Origin: Gemmatimonadales bacterium
GTDB taxonomy: Bacteria; Gemmatimonadota; Gemmatimonadetes; Gemmatimonadales; GWC2-71-9
Direction of reading: 5' to 3'
NCBI GenBank assembly: GCA_039794085.1
Contig: JBDIWC010000028.1
Location: 1 to 56,307 of the forward strand
Length of the DNA stretch: 56,307 bases
In this document: positions 1-10,749 of the stretch, in pieces
Layout of the letters: each line of letters opens with the position of its first letter
How positions within the stretch are numbered: the first letter of the stretch is position 1
Position numbers and translations under genes: made by a program
Notes under the pieces: model-generated
What the model was told of the DNA's origin: nothing
The model's input: the letters and a program-made list of their open reading frames with translations, nothing else
The model's database searches: none

Positions 1-326
1 TAAGATGTGATCGCACCGTCTGGGTGCCTCCGTTTTGTGAGGATACTTCCGCGAAGAAGTCCGCACAAAATAAGGCCGCAGACGGTGTTTCGCATCTATC
101 TCAGATCCCTCCATTGCAGGATCCGGGATTATAATCCGGGCCTGCGTGGGCTCACGGGCACTCAGTTCATCGTGGGTCTCGGCCAAGGTTTCGGAACATC
201 TGCCTCTGGGGTGGAGGCGCCGGTCGCAGCCACGAAAGTCCAAAGGGCGAACTATCGGCCGTCTCCTGAGCGCATTGTCCAACCTCCTTCCGTGACCCAC
301 AGGTCCTCACAGGAAGCCCGTCGTCT

Positions 327-844
327 ATGACCTGGATACTCTCGCTCATGGGCCTGCTCATCTTCACCGGGCTTGCCTTCTGGTGGTGGGCCAAGCAACC
401 CGCCGAACACAAGGTGGGCTTATAATAGGAGACTTGGACTCCTATCTCGCTATCCTGCTGCACCGGGGCTATGACGGTGGCTATGTATTGATCCAAGAAC
501 CACCTGGCCACACAGGACAAGGAAGGTTCGTCCAGTTCAGGAAGTACATCACATCACCTGGCCGGTTCGGAATCGAGTTCTCCTTTCCAGATGCACCGTG
601 GTCACATGAGTACTTCGAGCGCACCCGGAGCTTTCTTGGGGAGATCGGTTATCCGATCCGTCATAAACGCATTCCTGACGGCGATGTGTCTGGTTTTCTC
701 AACGTTGACCTTGTACACGACGTTTCCACGGGTGCACGGATAGCTTCGTACATCATGACACAGATCTTCCACGTGCCCACTGACGCACAGGTCCTCGTTA
801 CATTTCACGACATTAGCCCCCACGATGAGTCTATCACTCGATAG
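327..844 (+). pseudogene. Hypothetical membrane-anchored protein, apparently frameshifted near 415-425
   Basis: ATG at 327 opens MTWILSLMGLLIFTGLAFWWWAKQPAEHKVGL* (stop 423-425), a TM-anchor-like segment. A globular-looking body GLIIGDLDSYLAILLHRGYDGG... continues in another frame to 844. Confidence 0.5.
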
Positions 845-913
845 CGGATGAACCGCCGGTGATCCGCAGATCGAAAGCTGCCCTCGTGGCATCACTCAAT
901 CCTTCCGGACCCC

Positions 914-1018
914 AGACGCAACCCCGTTGGGGTTGGCCAAATCGGGGTGGCCCTCTCACCCGGGGTAGGCGCTTCGCGCCAACCCTGGGCTGGGAACCAC
1001 GGAATCCCTTCGGGATTC
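914..1018. repeat. REP-like multi-hairpin unit, copy 1
   Basis: AACCCCGTTGGGGTT, CCCGGGGTAGGCGC-TTC-GCGCCAACCCTGGG and GAATCCCTTCGGGATTC palindromes; direct repeat at 2103-2207. Confidence 0.85.
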
Positions 1019-1120
1019 CGGGCTGAAGGCCCGGAGCATACCAGCCCGGGGCAACGCCCCGGGAATGGATGGTGCAGACGATCCCGAAGGGCTGAAAGCC
1101 CGACCCATCGAGCCCGGGTA

Positions 1121-1235
1121 ATGCCACAATCCCTCTCCCTGGTCCTCATCCACGTGGTGTTCAGCACCAAGGATCGGCGCCCCGTGCTGACCCCGACGCT
1201 CCGGCTGGCGCTGCATGCGTATCCGGCCGTCGTGT
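1121..1235 (+). mobile_element. Truncated IS200/IS605-like (RAYT-type Y1 HUH) transposase, N-terminal fragment
   Basis: MPQSLSLVLIHVVFSTKDRRPVLTPTLRLALHAY matches the Y1 transposase N-terminus (HxxFSTKxR). Similarity ends before the HUH motif. Preceded by REP-like AGCCCGGGGCAACGCCCCGGG. Confidence 0.8.
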
Positions 1236-1416
1236 CCCCCTCGCCGGGTGCGCTCGACCTGGCCCGCACGCGGACGGTCGCGGGCCTGGTTGAGACCCGG
1301 CCCTCCGCTCTCTCCCCACTCCCCTCCACTCACTCCTCCACCCCCCACTCTGGCCCGGCACCGCGGGAGGCGCTACTCTTGTCATGGTGCCTCCCACCCC
1401 GCCAAGGAGCCCTGAC

Positions 1417-1638
1417 ATGACTCCATCCTCCCCTCCTGATGATCTCGCCGCCCGAATTCGTCGGCTCCCGGCGAGCCGGCAACGAGAAGCTCTCGCCTAC
1501 CTGGCCGCTCTGGAGCGAACCACGGGGCATCCCGTGGACCTGTCGGGCTTCGCCGGTCGCATTCCGGCCGATGACCTCGCGGTGATGGCATCGTCCATCG
1601 CATCGGCCTGCGAGGGGGTCGATGCCACCGAGTGGTAG
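1417..1638 (+). CDS. Antitoxin partner of the downstream PIN toxin (VapB-like)
   Basis: AAGGAG RBS at 1404-1409; 73 aa ending CEGVDATEW; overlaps the PIN gene. Confidence 0.75.
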   Translation: MTPSSPPDDLAARIRRLPASRQREALAYLAALERTTGHPVDLSGFAGRIPADDLAVMASSIASACEGVDATEW

Positions 1639-2038
1639 AGTGCTTCTCGACACCAACATCATCATCGCCCTCTTTACCGGGGAACCGGAGGTTCTTCGCG
1701 GCCTCGCACAGGCAGAGTCAGTCTATGTCCCGGTCATTGCTCTCGGCGAGTTGCTCTACGGCGCACTCCACTCCTCGCGCCCCGAGGACAACATCGCCCA
1801 CCTTCAGGCCTTCGCGGCCGCCGTGACGGTGCTCCCCTGCGACCCAGCGACTGCGACCGCGTATGGGGAGATCAAGGCAGGCCTGCGGCGTCGCGGAACA
1901 CCGATACCGGAAAACGACATCTGGATCGCCGCAATCGCTCACCAGCACTCGCTTTCGTTGGCCAGTCGAGACGCACACTTCGCCCTCATCCCCGGGCTTG
2001 AGTCGTTGCGATGGGAGGGGACCTCCTCCGGAGGCTGA
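1622..2038 (+). CDS. vapC: VapC PIN-domain toxin
   Basis: LLDTNIII, GEL, PIPENDIWIAA and SRDAHF PIN motifs. Confidence 0.93.
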   Translation: MPPSGRVLLDTNIIIALFTGEPEVLRGLAQAESVYVPVIALGELLYGALHSSRPEDNIAHLQAFAAAVTVLPCDPATATAYGEIKAGLRRRGTPIPENDIWIAAIAHQHSLSLASRDAHFALIPGLESLRWEGTSSGG

Positions 2039-2102
2039 ACCCGGGCTCGGGCTCGCTCCGCCCGACACCGCACTGAAGAGATGACAACCCTCGGTGAGAC
2101 TG

Positions 2103-2578
2103 AGACGCAACCCCGTTGGGGTTGACCGGTTTCGACACCCTCCCGTACCCAGGGTAGGCGCTCCGCGCCAACCCTGGGCTCTTGACCACGGAATCCCTTC
2201 GGGATTCACCCCGCCCTGACCACCCTGCCCCGGTCCCGTGCGCGACCGCCCGCCGGAGAAATCCCGTCGGGATTCTCCCCTCGCGTCGCGCGGGATGACT
2301 CCGCGTAGTGACCGGCCTCTCTGGTCCTTCAGGACCCGTCGCCGTAGGCGCCGAGCCGGGGCTTCAGCCCCGGGTCGCTGCCGCGCCAACCCTGGGCTGG
2401 ACACCACGGAATCCCGTCGGGATTCTCCCCTCGCGTCGCGCGGGATGACTCCGCGTAGTGACCGGCCTCTCTGGTCCTTCAGGACCTGTCGCCGCAGGCG
2501 CCGAGCCGGGGCTTCAGCCCCGGGCCGCTCCGCGCCAACCCTGGGCTCTTGACCACAGAATCCCTTCGGGATTCTCCC
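2103..2578. repeat. REP cluster: unit copy 2 (2103-2207) plus a ~150-bp tandem duplication (about 2260-2409 and 2410-2559)
   Basis: Near-identical 150-bp units starting AATCCCGTCGGGATTCTCCCC and containing CCGGGGCTTCAGCCCCGG and GCCAACCCTGGGCT. Confidence 0.9.
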
Positions 2579-2683
2579 GCGAGGAGAGGGGGAAGCCCAG
2601 GGGGAAGCCCACTCCTCAATTCCCCGCCGATGGACCCCGGCATCCGCCGGGATGACGATCCTGCAAGGATGCGTCGGTGCTCG

Positions 2684-2739
2684 ACTCCCCTCTCCCGCCC
2701 TGCGGGAGAGGGGCCGGGGGGGGGGCCGGGGGTGAGGGC
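2684..2739. repeat. Palindromic repeat CTCCCCTCTCCCGCCCTGCGGGAGAGGGGCCGGGGGTGAGGG, copy 1
   Basis: Hairpin plus tail; second copy at 43840-43883. Confidence 0.85.
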
Positions 2740-2808
2740 TACCTTGTCGCCGGAGGCACCGAGCCGGGTCTTCAGCCCGGAGCGCTGCCGCGCCAAGGGG
2801 ACCATTGA

Positions 2809-2837
2809 TTGACCCCCCTCAAGGACGCGAGTAGCAT
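2809..2837 (+). promoter_or_regulatory. Sigma70-like promoter upstream of hicBA
   Basis: TTGACC-17 nt-TAGCAT. Confidence 0.55.
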
Positions 2838-2929
2838 TCATCAGAGCCCCTCTGCACCCCGATGCACCGAGCAGAGGGCAGGCGCGCATCCGCTGGTGGA
2901 CGCGCTTTCTCCCGGCCAAGGATCGACCG

Positions 2930-3160
2930 ATGGAACAGATCGTCACCCTCCATATCCAGAAGTTGCCTGAGGGCATGTACGTGGCGACCTCCGACGAGAT
3001 CCAGGGACTGGTGGCACAGGGACGCACCGTGGTCGAAACCCTGGAGATTGCCCGCACCGTGGCCAAGCGGTTGCTGGAGGCCCAGGCGGAACGGGAGAAC
3101 TCACCCACGCTCAAGAACACGTCCGACTCGTTTGACTATCCTCTCGTGGTCAGCAGCTGA
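2930..3160 (+). CDS. hicB: HicB-family antitoxin (short form, no DNA-binding domain)
   Basis: EGMYVATSDEIQGLVAQGRTVVETLEIAR HicB fold signature. Confidence 0.85.
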   Translation: MEQIVTLHIQKLPEGMYVATSDEIQGLVAQGRTVVETLEIARTVAKRLLEAQAERENSPTLKNTSDSFDYPLVVSS

Positions 3161-3388
3161 GTGGGACGCCTGGCGGGATTTCGGTACCGCGACATCGTGA
3201 CACGATTGAGATCCTTCGGCTTCGCGTTTGATCGCCAGGCGGCAGGGTCCCACGAGATCTGGTACTGTTCCGCAACCAATCGCTACACCACCCTCCCGAA
3301 TCATCCCGGCGACATGCCCGAAGGAACGCTTCGCGCGATCCTCAAACAGGCTGGCATTGATCCGGAGGATTTCCTGACTGCGCGGTAG
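3161..3388 (+). CDS. hicA: HicA-family mRNA interferase toxin
   Basis: GF...RQAAGSHEIW...PNHPGDMPEGTLRAILKQAG. Confidence 0.92.
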   Translation: MGRLAGFRYRDIVTRLRSFGFAFDRQAAGSHEIWYCSATNRYTTLPNHPGDMPEGTLRAILKQAGIDPEDFLTAR

Positions 3389-3515
3389 TCGCTCCAGGCT
3401 GGGCGCCCAGGCCGGCACCGATCCCTCGTTTCACTCGGGATGACTCCGAGTCATGACCGGATCTCTGGTACAAGAGAGCAGCGAGAAGCCTCTCTCTCTC
3501 CTCACTCCTCTCCAC

Positions 3516-4355
3516 TCACTCCTCCCGATCGTTCCACCAGACACGGAGCCGGGCCGTGATGGGACCCGGGGCCGCATACACCGTGTCCTCCGCCGAGGCG
3601 ACCGGAATCACCCCCGCGAGACTGTTGGTGAGGAACACCTCCGAGGCCCGAGCCACCGCCGACCACGGCACCGACGACTGCACCACCTCGACTCCCTCCT
3701 TGACCAGTCGTGCCACCACCTGCGCCCGGGTGATCCCCGGCAGCGCCCCATCCTCGATCCGCGGGGTGTGCACTCTCCCCTGCACCACCACGAAGAGATT
3801 GGAGTGGGATGCCCCGGCAAATCCGCGCAACCCATTCGGGAGCAGGGCATCGTCGAAGCCGCGCGCCTCCGCCTCCCGGAGCGCCATCACCTGGTCGAGG
3901 TAACTCACGGTTTTCCATCGGCTGGTCACAGCACCGGGATGGCGCACCACCGTCGACACCACCACACGACGCGGTGCCGGCTCCACGAAGTCATACGGCT
4001 CCGCCGTGAGCACCAGAACCGGGCTGGCCGGTTCGGGAACCCGGAGGCCTCGGGTGCCCGGTCCCCGCGAGAGGGTGATCCGGAGCACCCCGTCTCCCAC
4101 CACTTCATTCGCCGCCAGCAAGGACGTGACCTCCTTGCGAAGAGACTCGGCGGCAAACCGGAAGGGAATCCCCAAGGCATCCGCACCACCCGTGAGCCGG
4201 ACCAGGTGCTCCTCGAGATCCACCGGCTCACCACCGCGGATGGCCAGGGTCTCGAACAACCCGTCTCCCAGAAGAAATCCCCGGTCCGCGGCGGAGAGCA
4301 CCGACACATCCGCGGGCACGAGCTGTCCATTGATCCAGATCATGGGCGTCATCAT
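3516..4355 (-). CDS. pabC: Class IV aminotransferase, probable aminodeoxychorismate lyase
   Basis: DRGFLLGDGLFET, GALPGITR, EVFLTNSL; coupled to pabA and pabB. Confidence 0.8.
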   Translation of the reverse strand: MMTPMIWINGQLVPADVSVLSAADRGFLLGDGLFETLAIRGGEPVDLEEHLVRLTGGADALGIPFRFAAESLRKEVTSLLAANEVVGDGVLRITLSRGPGTRGLRVPEPASPVLVLTAEPYDFVEPAPRRVVVSTVVRHPGAVTSRWKTVSYLDQVMALREAEARGFDDALLPNGLRGFAGASHSNLFVVVQGRVHTPRIEDGALPGITRAQVVARLVKEGVEVVQSSVPWSAVARASEVFLTNSLAGVIPVASAEDTVYAAPGPITARLRVWWNDREE

Positions 4356-4920
4356 GAGCGTCCATCAAGAAAGTTGAGCAGCATGTGATGCCCACACTCG
4401 GTGAGCACCGCTTCGGGATGAAACTGGATTCCAACCGCCGGATACTCCCGATGCCGGAGCGCCATGAGGACGCCGTCGTCGCTTCGGGCGGTGACTTCCA
4501 GGTCCGCGGGGAGAGTGACCTCCTCCACCGCCAGAGAATGATACCGGGTTGCCTGAAAAAATGACGGGAGACCGTGAAAGATCCCCCCCCGCAGTGTCGT
4601 CTCGATCGTCGAGGTCCGCCCATGAACCGGCGCCGTGCGCACCACTCGGCCTCCGAATGCCTGCGCCAGACACTGATGCCCGAGACAGACGCCGAGCAAG
4701 GGAATCGTGGGGGCGAATCGGCGGATCAGGTCGAGGGAGATTCCCGCCTGGTCGGGACCGCAAGGCCCGGGAGAGATGACGAGGTGGGACGGGGCCAGCT
4801 CCCCGACCTGGTCGAGCGTGATCCGGTCGTTCCGAACCACCCGGCAGTCGGCACCGACCTCGCGAAACGTCCGGACCAGACTGTGGACGAAGGAGTCGTA
4901 GTTGTCGATGACGAGAACGG

Positions 4921-4924
<4 letters not shown>
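4352..4924 (-). CDS. pabA: Aminodeoxychorismate/anthranilate synthase component II
   Basis: IDNYDSF, SPGP, GVCLGHQ, RYHSL, QFHPE; ATG at 4924 overlaps the pabB stop. Confidence 0.92.
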
Positions 4925-6318
<1,394 letters not shown>

Positions 6319-7355
6319 CGCGGAACCGGAGCTCGGTGACCTTGAGCAACTGGACCACGTCCGGAAGACTGTTCCGCTCCCGGGCGCGCTCCTCGGTTCG
6401 CCACCACCAGGCGAGGGTCGAGTCGGGGATGACAACGAATGGCGACACCTCGCGGAAGGTGGTGGAACCCTCGAACCGGGCAAGCGACCTGAACCCCGCC
6501 AGATTCACCAGCTCGAATCTAATCTGGCGCAGGATCCCGCTCTCTGGGTCGAGGAGAATGCGGCCGGCCCAGTCGACCTTGTCGAGGGATGGCACCGGCG
6601 TGAAACTGAGAATCCGGAAGGGTGATCCGTCCACGGTGCCCAGACTGTCGTAGCGGAAGCAGTGATTCTCCAGAAAGGTCTGGTTCCCGAGGAGAGTGAC
6701 AAAGAAGATGGGGACGGAAAACCCCAGCCGGTCACTCTTCACGACGTTTCCCGGCCGGTATTCCTCTCGCCACCGCTTCCCCTCAACCCGTTCCCGTTCC
6801 TCCCGCAGGGCGTAGGTACCCGTGGGCCGGCGAGAGCTCGTTCTCCGTTCGAGCCGCACCTCGAAGGGCCAGGTGTCGACGAAGCCCTCATAGGTGGACG
6901 CGGCGAGCTGGACCTGATCGAGGAGCCAGGCCGCGGTTCCTCCCGACCCCGGCGACGATCCCGGGCATCCCGAGCCGGAGAGCACCGTCAACTCCTCCAG
7001 GGCGAAGGCGGCCCGGCTGAGGCTCACGACCAGGGTGTCATTCGGGGCGGGCGCGGTGCCCGAGGGAAAACCGGCGGGGAGATACCCGATCTGCCGGACC
7101 CGGTAGCAGGTGGGGGAGAGGTCGAGCCGGAGCCGGATCAGACCGTTCCGATCGCTCCGTCCCTGAACCCGCAGGGAGGTGGTGTCCAGCAGTTCGGCGT
7201 TGGGGAGGGAGGTCCCGGTGGCGGCATCCCGTATGGCGATGATGACGGAGACGGGCTGGGAGAGCGCGACACAATGCGATGCCGGCGTGCCCCCCTGAAC
7301 GGCGAGGAGAGCGAGAAGCAACCCGATTTCACCACTCATGGATCCCTCCGGTGCC

Positions 7356-8540
7356 CTAACGCTCGATTCGTGCCCTCACCAGGAACTGCACCCCGTCCTC
7401 GTTCGTCGTCATCCCGATCAGATGGTCCGATCCGATCACGGGGCGCGGGCTCAGGCTCAGCCGGAACGGCAGGTGAAGCGCGCCGAGAAAGCGCCCTTCG
7501 GGGTCGAAGACGTCGAACTCGCGGCCGATCCGGGATGTATCGGCGAGGGTCGCGGCCACCCAAAGATAGCCGTCCTCCGCCACTGCGAAGTTGCCAACCG
7601 CGGGCTTCGTTCCCGGGATCTTCCCCGCGTCCACCACTCCCCCCTGCCGTGTGAACCAGACCATCCGTGCCACGACAGTGTCGCGCTCCGCGCTGGTCAC
7701 CGAGATCCGCTCAAACGGCTTCGTGACCCGCCGGGTCGTGTCTCCCCTGCTGGACATCTGATAAAGCTCATAGGTGCCGGTGTGGACGAACCAGAGCGTG
7801 CCATCCGGGGCTAGCCGCCACTGGAGGCCTGGAGAGTACGGGACCGTGGCCGATATCATCGGTCTCCCGCCGGGTCCGTTGAGCAGGAAGACGTTCGACT
7901 CCCCCTGCCAGGTCGGAGGTAGGAGTGTGTCCACCGGGGTGAGTGTGCTGTCGTACCGGACCAGGGCCACGCCAAAGGCGCCCTCCGAGGCCGGGGCGAT
8001 ATCGTAGAGTGTGCCATCCCGGAGCACCCGGCCCGGCCAGGGGAGGACCTGGAATCCCGCCGAAACCGGCTTGCTGGAGAGGAAAACCCCTGCCGTGTCG
8101 AACCACGAGATCCGGGCGTTCTGATGATCAATCACCATCATCCGGCCGTCGGGCAGCGCGGCGATTCCGGCCACATTGGCGAACTCGCCGGGGCCCCCTC
8201 CCTTCCGCCCGATGGCGCGCACAAATCTTCCATCGGCATCGAACACCTTGAGGACCTGCTCCTGCGATTCCATCACCCAAATGCGGCCGGCTGCATCAGT
8301 GGCCATCGCCCCGAGGCGACCGAAGACTTCCGGGCCATCCCCCTCTTCAGCCCCGATCCGCACCTCCTCGACCACCCGCCACCGGGTCGTCGAGTCCCAG
8401 ATCCCGGCGGCCGGATTCGTCACCACCACCCGCCCGGTGGGCAGCGTGTCCATGGTACCGGCCCATCTCCCGGTTGTTCCACCCTCACCTGCACACGCTG
8501 CAAGCACTCCCAGCAGCACCATCAGGGCCCACCGATTCAT
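7356..8540 (-). CDS. 6-bladed beta-propeller (NHL-like) lipoprotein
   Basis: AAGGAG RBS; lipobox LAAC; VFDADGRFVRAIGRKGGGPGEF repeat motif. Confidence 0.85.
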   Translation of the reverse strand: MNRWALMVLLGVLAACAGEGGTTGRWAGTMDTLPTGRVVVTNPAAGIWDSTTRWRVVEEVRIGAEEGDGPEVFGRLGAMATDAAGRIWVMESQEQVLKVFDADGRFVRAIGRKGGGPGEFANVAGIAALPDGRMMVIDHQNARISWFDTAGVFLSSKPVSAGFQVLPWPGRVLRDGTLYDIAPASEGAFGVALVRYDSTLTPVDTLLPPTWQGESNVFLLNGPGGRPMISATVPYSPGLQWRLAPDGTLWFVHTGTYELYQMSSRGDTTRRVTKPFERISVTSAERDTVVARMVWFTRQGGVVDAGKIPGTKPAVGNFAVAEDGYLWVAATLADTSRIGREFDVFDPEGRFLGALHLPFRLSLSPRPVIGSDHLIGMTTNEDGVQFLVRARIER

Positions 8541-8741
8541 GTCAACTCCTTGTCGCCCGGTGTGAGGATCGAATCGCTTCGAACGATCCCCCAACCCTCC
8601 GCGAGTGTGGGGATCCACCTCGGGGTTTGGAGGATGTCATGATAAGACGTCCGGGCCATCCTCTGAGACACACAAACCGGAGGAACAGTTGGCGGGGTGC
8701 GTCCTGTGCTGCCGACCTCGGTTTCGGTCGTCACCCGCACC

Positions 8742-9527
8742 ATGATGCAGAGTCACCTGGCCCACGCGGTACGCGCTCTGGGATGCCTCCTGGCGGTTGG
8801 GACCCCGTTGGCCGCACAGCAGCCCCCCGACACCGGCGCGACCCTGGTCGTCCGGGTGCTCGACAGCACCGACGCGCCTCTCGCACTCGCCGATGTCGTC
8901 CTCCGGCGCGCCGGTCGCTTCGAAACCAGCGGGCCCGGCGGTCAGGTGGTTCTCCGAAACCTCCCCTCGGGACTCGATACCCTCCTCGTCCGGCGGCTCG
9001 GCTACAATCCCCTGATAGTGCCGGTACGATTCCGCCCCGGGGATTCTCTGATGGTGGACGCGGTGCTCGATGCCCGGAGCGTGGCCCTCGACGACATCAC
9101 CGTCTTCGGGCGACCGGGGCTCTCCACCTTTGAGCGCCGGATGCGCAGCGCGGTCTTCTCCCCACCCAACTCCTTCTACCCCCCCGAGGCACTCGACACC
9201 TTCCCGCCCACCATCAATGTCCACGACATCCTCCTCCGCTCAGGCATCGTGCGGCGGGCCCAGCGGGTTCTCGTGAATGGACGCCGGGAGATGAGTCGCC
9301 CCCGACTCTCCTGCCCGCCGGGTCCCTTCGGCGGCCCCTCGTATCCGGTCACCATCATTCTGAACGGCGTCGAGTACCCCGACCCCGACGACGGTTTCTT
9401 CAACATCCAGCTCCAGAACGCCCGGATCCGGGCGATCGAGATCTACCGCAACAAACTGGAGGTACCGATGGAGTTCTCGCCGGACGTGACGGGACGGGGA
9501 TGTGTCGTGGTGGTGTGGAGCCGGTAG
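8742..9527 (+). CDS. Secreted carboxypeptidase-regulatory-like domain protein
   Basis: Signal peptide; VRRLGY; C-terminal IRAIEIY...CVVVVWSR plug-like segment. Confidence 0.75.
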   Translation: MMQSHLAHAVRALGCLLAVGTPLAAQQPPDTGATLVVRVLDSTDAPLALADVVLRRAGRFETSGPGGQVVLRNLPSGLDTLLVRRLGYNPLIVPVRFRPGDSLMVDAVLDARSVALDDITVFGRPGLSTFERRMRSAVFSPPNSFYPPEALDTFPPTINVHDILLRSGIVRRAQRVLVNGRREMSRPRLSCPPGPFGGPSYPVTIILNGVEYPDPDDGFFNIQLQNARIRAIEIYRNKLEVPMEFSPDVTGRGCVVVVWSR

Positions 9528-9530
9528 GAG

Positions 9531-9572
9531 GAAGTTTGAAGTTCGAAGTTTGAAGTTCGAAGGGTGAAGTTT
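9531..9572. repeat. Heptamer tandem tract (GAAGTTY)n
   Basis: GAAGTTT GAAGTTC GAAGTTT GAAGTTC GAAGGGT GAAGTTT between convergent genes. Confidence 0.9.
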
Positions 9573-9578
9573 CGCCGC

Positions 9579-9857
9579 CTATTGTATCCCCTCGACGAGA
9601 GGCACACAACGCTGCACCGATGCGGTCGGCACCGTCACGACCCCCTCCCGCCGCTTCACTCCGAACTTCGCCGTCCGCGCCAGATACTCCTCGCGGGTTC
9701 CCGCATCCTCATGCCACCCCACATCCTTGAGCACGATCTCCCGGTCGTCGGCGGTGTCGAGCCGACCGACATAGAGCCGCTCCGCGGTGTCCACCACGAC
9801 GGTGATTCCGTGCAGGTCGTGCCGGTTCCGGTGCGGGACGAACGGTTCGTGTCCCAT
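9579..9857 (-). CDS. Hypothetical 92-aa protein, last gene of the suf operon
   Basis: ATG 1 nt after the brx stop; beta-rich VVVDT..LYVGRL..DD.EIVLKDV. Confidence 0.75.
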   Translation of the reverse strand: MGHEPFVPHRNRHDLHGITVVVDTAERLYVGRLDTADDREIVLKDVGWHEDAGTREEYLARTAKFGVKRREGVVTVPTASVQRCVPLVEGIQ

Positions 9858-9858
9858 G

Positions 9859-10287
9859 TCAGACCGACGCCACGCAATGGGCGTCGAACGCCGCGGTCAG
9901 TTCGGCGGCGATCGCCTCGGGGTTCCGTCCCTCGATCTGATGCCGGTGGACGAAGTGCAGCACCTCGCCGTCCCGCATCAGCGCCATCGACGGGCTGCTC
10001 GGCTCGTACTCGCTGAAGTAGCTCCGAGCCCGGGCCACCGCCTGCACGTCCTGGCCGGCAAACACGCTGACGACGCGGGTCGGGCGGGTCGGATGCTGCA
10101 GCGCCCGTGCCAGGGCCGGCCGGGCATTGCCCGCGGCGCATCCGCACACCGAGTTCACGAACACGAGGATGGTTCCGTCCGGGTCGCCAAGGACGGCATC
10201 GACCTCGGCCACGGTGGTCAACTCGGTGACGCCGAGACGGGTGACTTCCTCACGCATCGGCTGGACCAGGGCGGGATTGTAGGCCAT
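9859..10287 (-). CDS. BrxA/BrxB family bacilliredoxin (YphP/YqiW)
   Basis: VQPMREE, NSVCGCAAGNARP (CGC motif), VFAGQD, PSSPS. Confidence 0.93.
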   Translation of the reverse strand: MAYNPALVQPMREEVTRLGVTELTTVAEVDAVLGDPDGTILVFVNSVCGCAAGNARPALARALQHPTRPTRVVSVFAGQDVQAVARARSYFSEYEPSSPSMALMRDGEVLHFVHRHQIEGRNPEAIAAELTAAFDAHCVASV

Positions 10288-10293
10288 GAACAG

Positions 10294-10749
10294 TTACTCC
10301 TTCGTGGTGGTGGTCTGCGCCAGGGCATCGCGTAGGGCGTGCCAGGCGAGGGTGGCGCACTTGACGCGAATCGGAAACTGGGCCACGCCCCGGAATACCT
10401 CGAGCCGGGTCGGGAGCTTTTCGTCTCCCCTCCCCTGCTCCCCGGTGAGCGTGGCATGGAACCGGGCAAAGAGGGCGTCGGCCTCCTCGACCGTCTTCCC
10501 CTTGAGCGTTGCGGTCATGATCGACGCCGAGGCCTTGGAAATGGCGCACCCGTTCCCCAGGAAGCTGAGATCGGCGATCCGGCCATCCTCCACCTTGACC
10601 CAGATCTCGACCCGGTCCCCGCAAAGGGGATTGTACCCCTCGGCCTTTCCGGACGCGTCCTCGATCGCGCGGAAGTTCCGCGGCGTCTTGTTGTGATCGA
10701 GGATCACGCTCTGATAGAGCTCGCCGAGATCGGGGGTGGGGAGGCTCAT
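10294..10749 (-). CDS. sufU: SUF system NifU-family protein SufU
   Basis: LYQSVILDH, NPLCGD, GCAISKASAS, RVKCATL. Confidence 0.93.
   Translation of the reverse strand: MSLPTPDLGELYQSVILDHNKTPRNFRAIEDASGKAEGYNPLCGDRVEIWVKVEDGRIADLSFLGNGCAISKASASIMTATLKGKTVEEADALFARFHATLTGEQGRGDEKLPTRLEVFRGVAQFPIRVKCATLAWHALRDALAQTTTTKE

Noticed and set aside
2103..2578. Possible CRISPR array
   Set aside because: Whole 150-bp units are duplicated with no unique spacers; no cas genes in the window.
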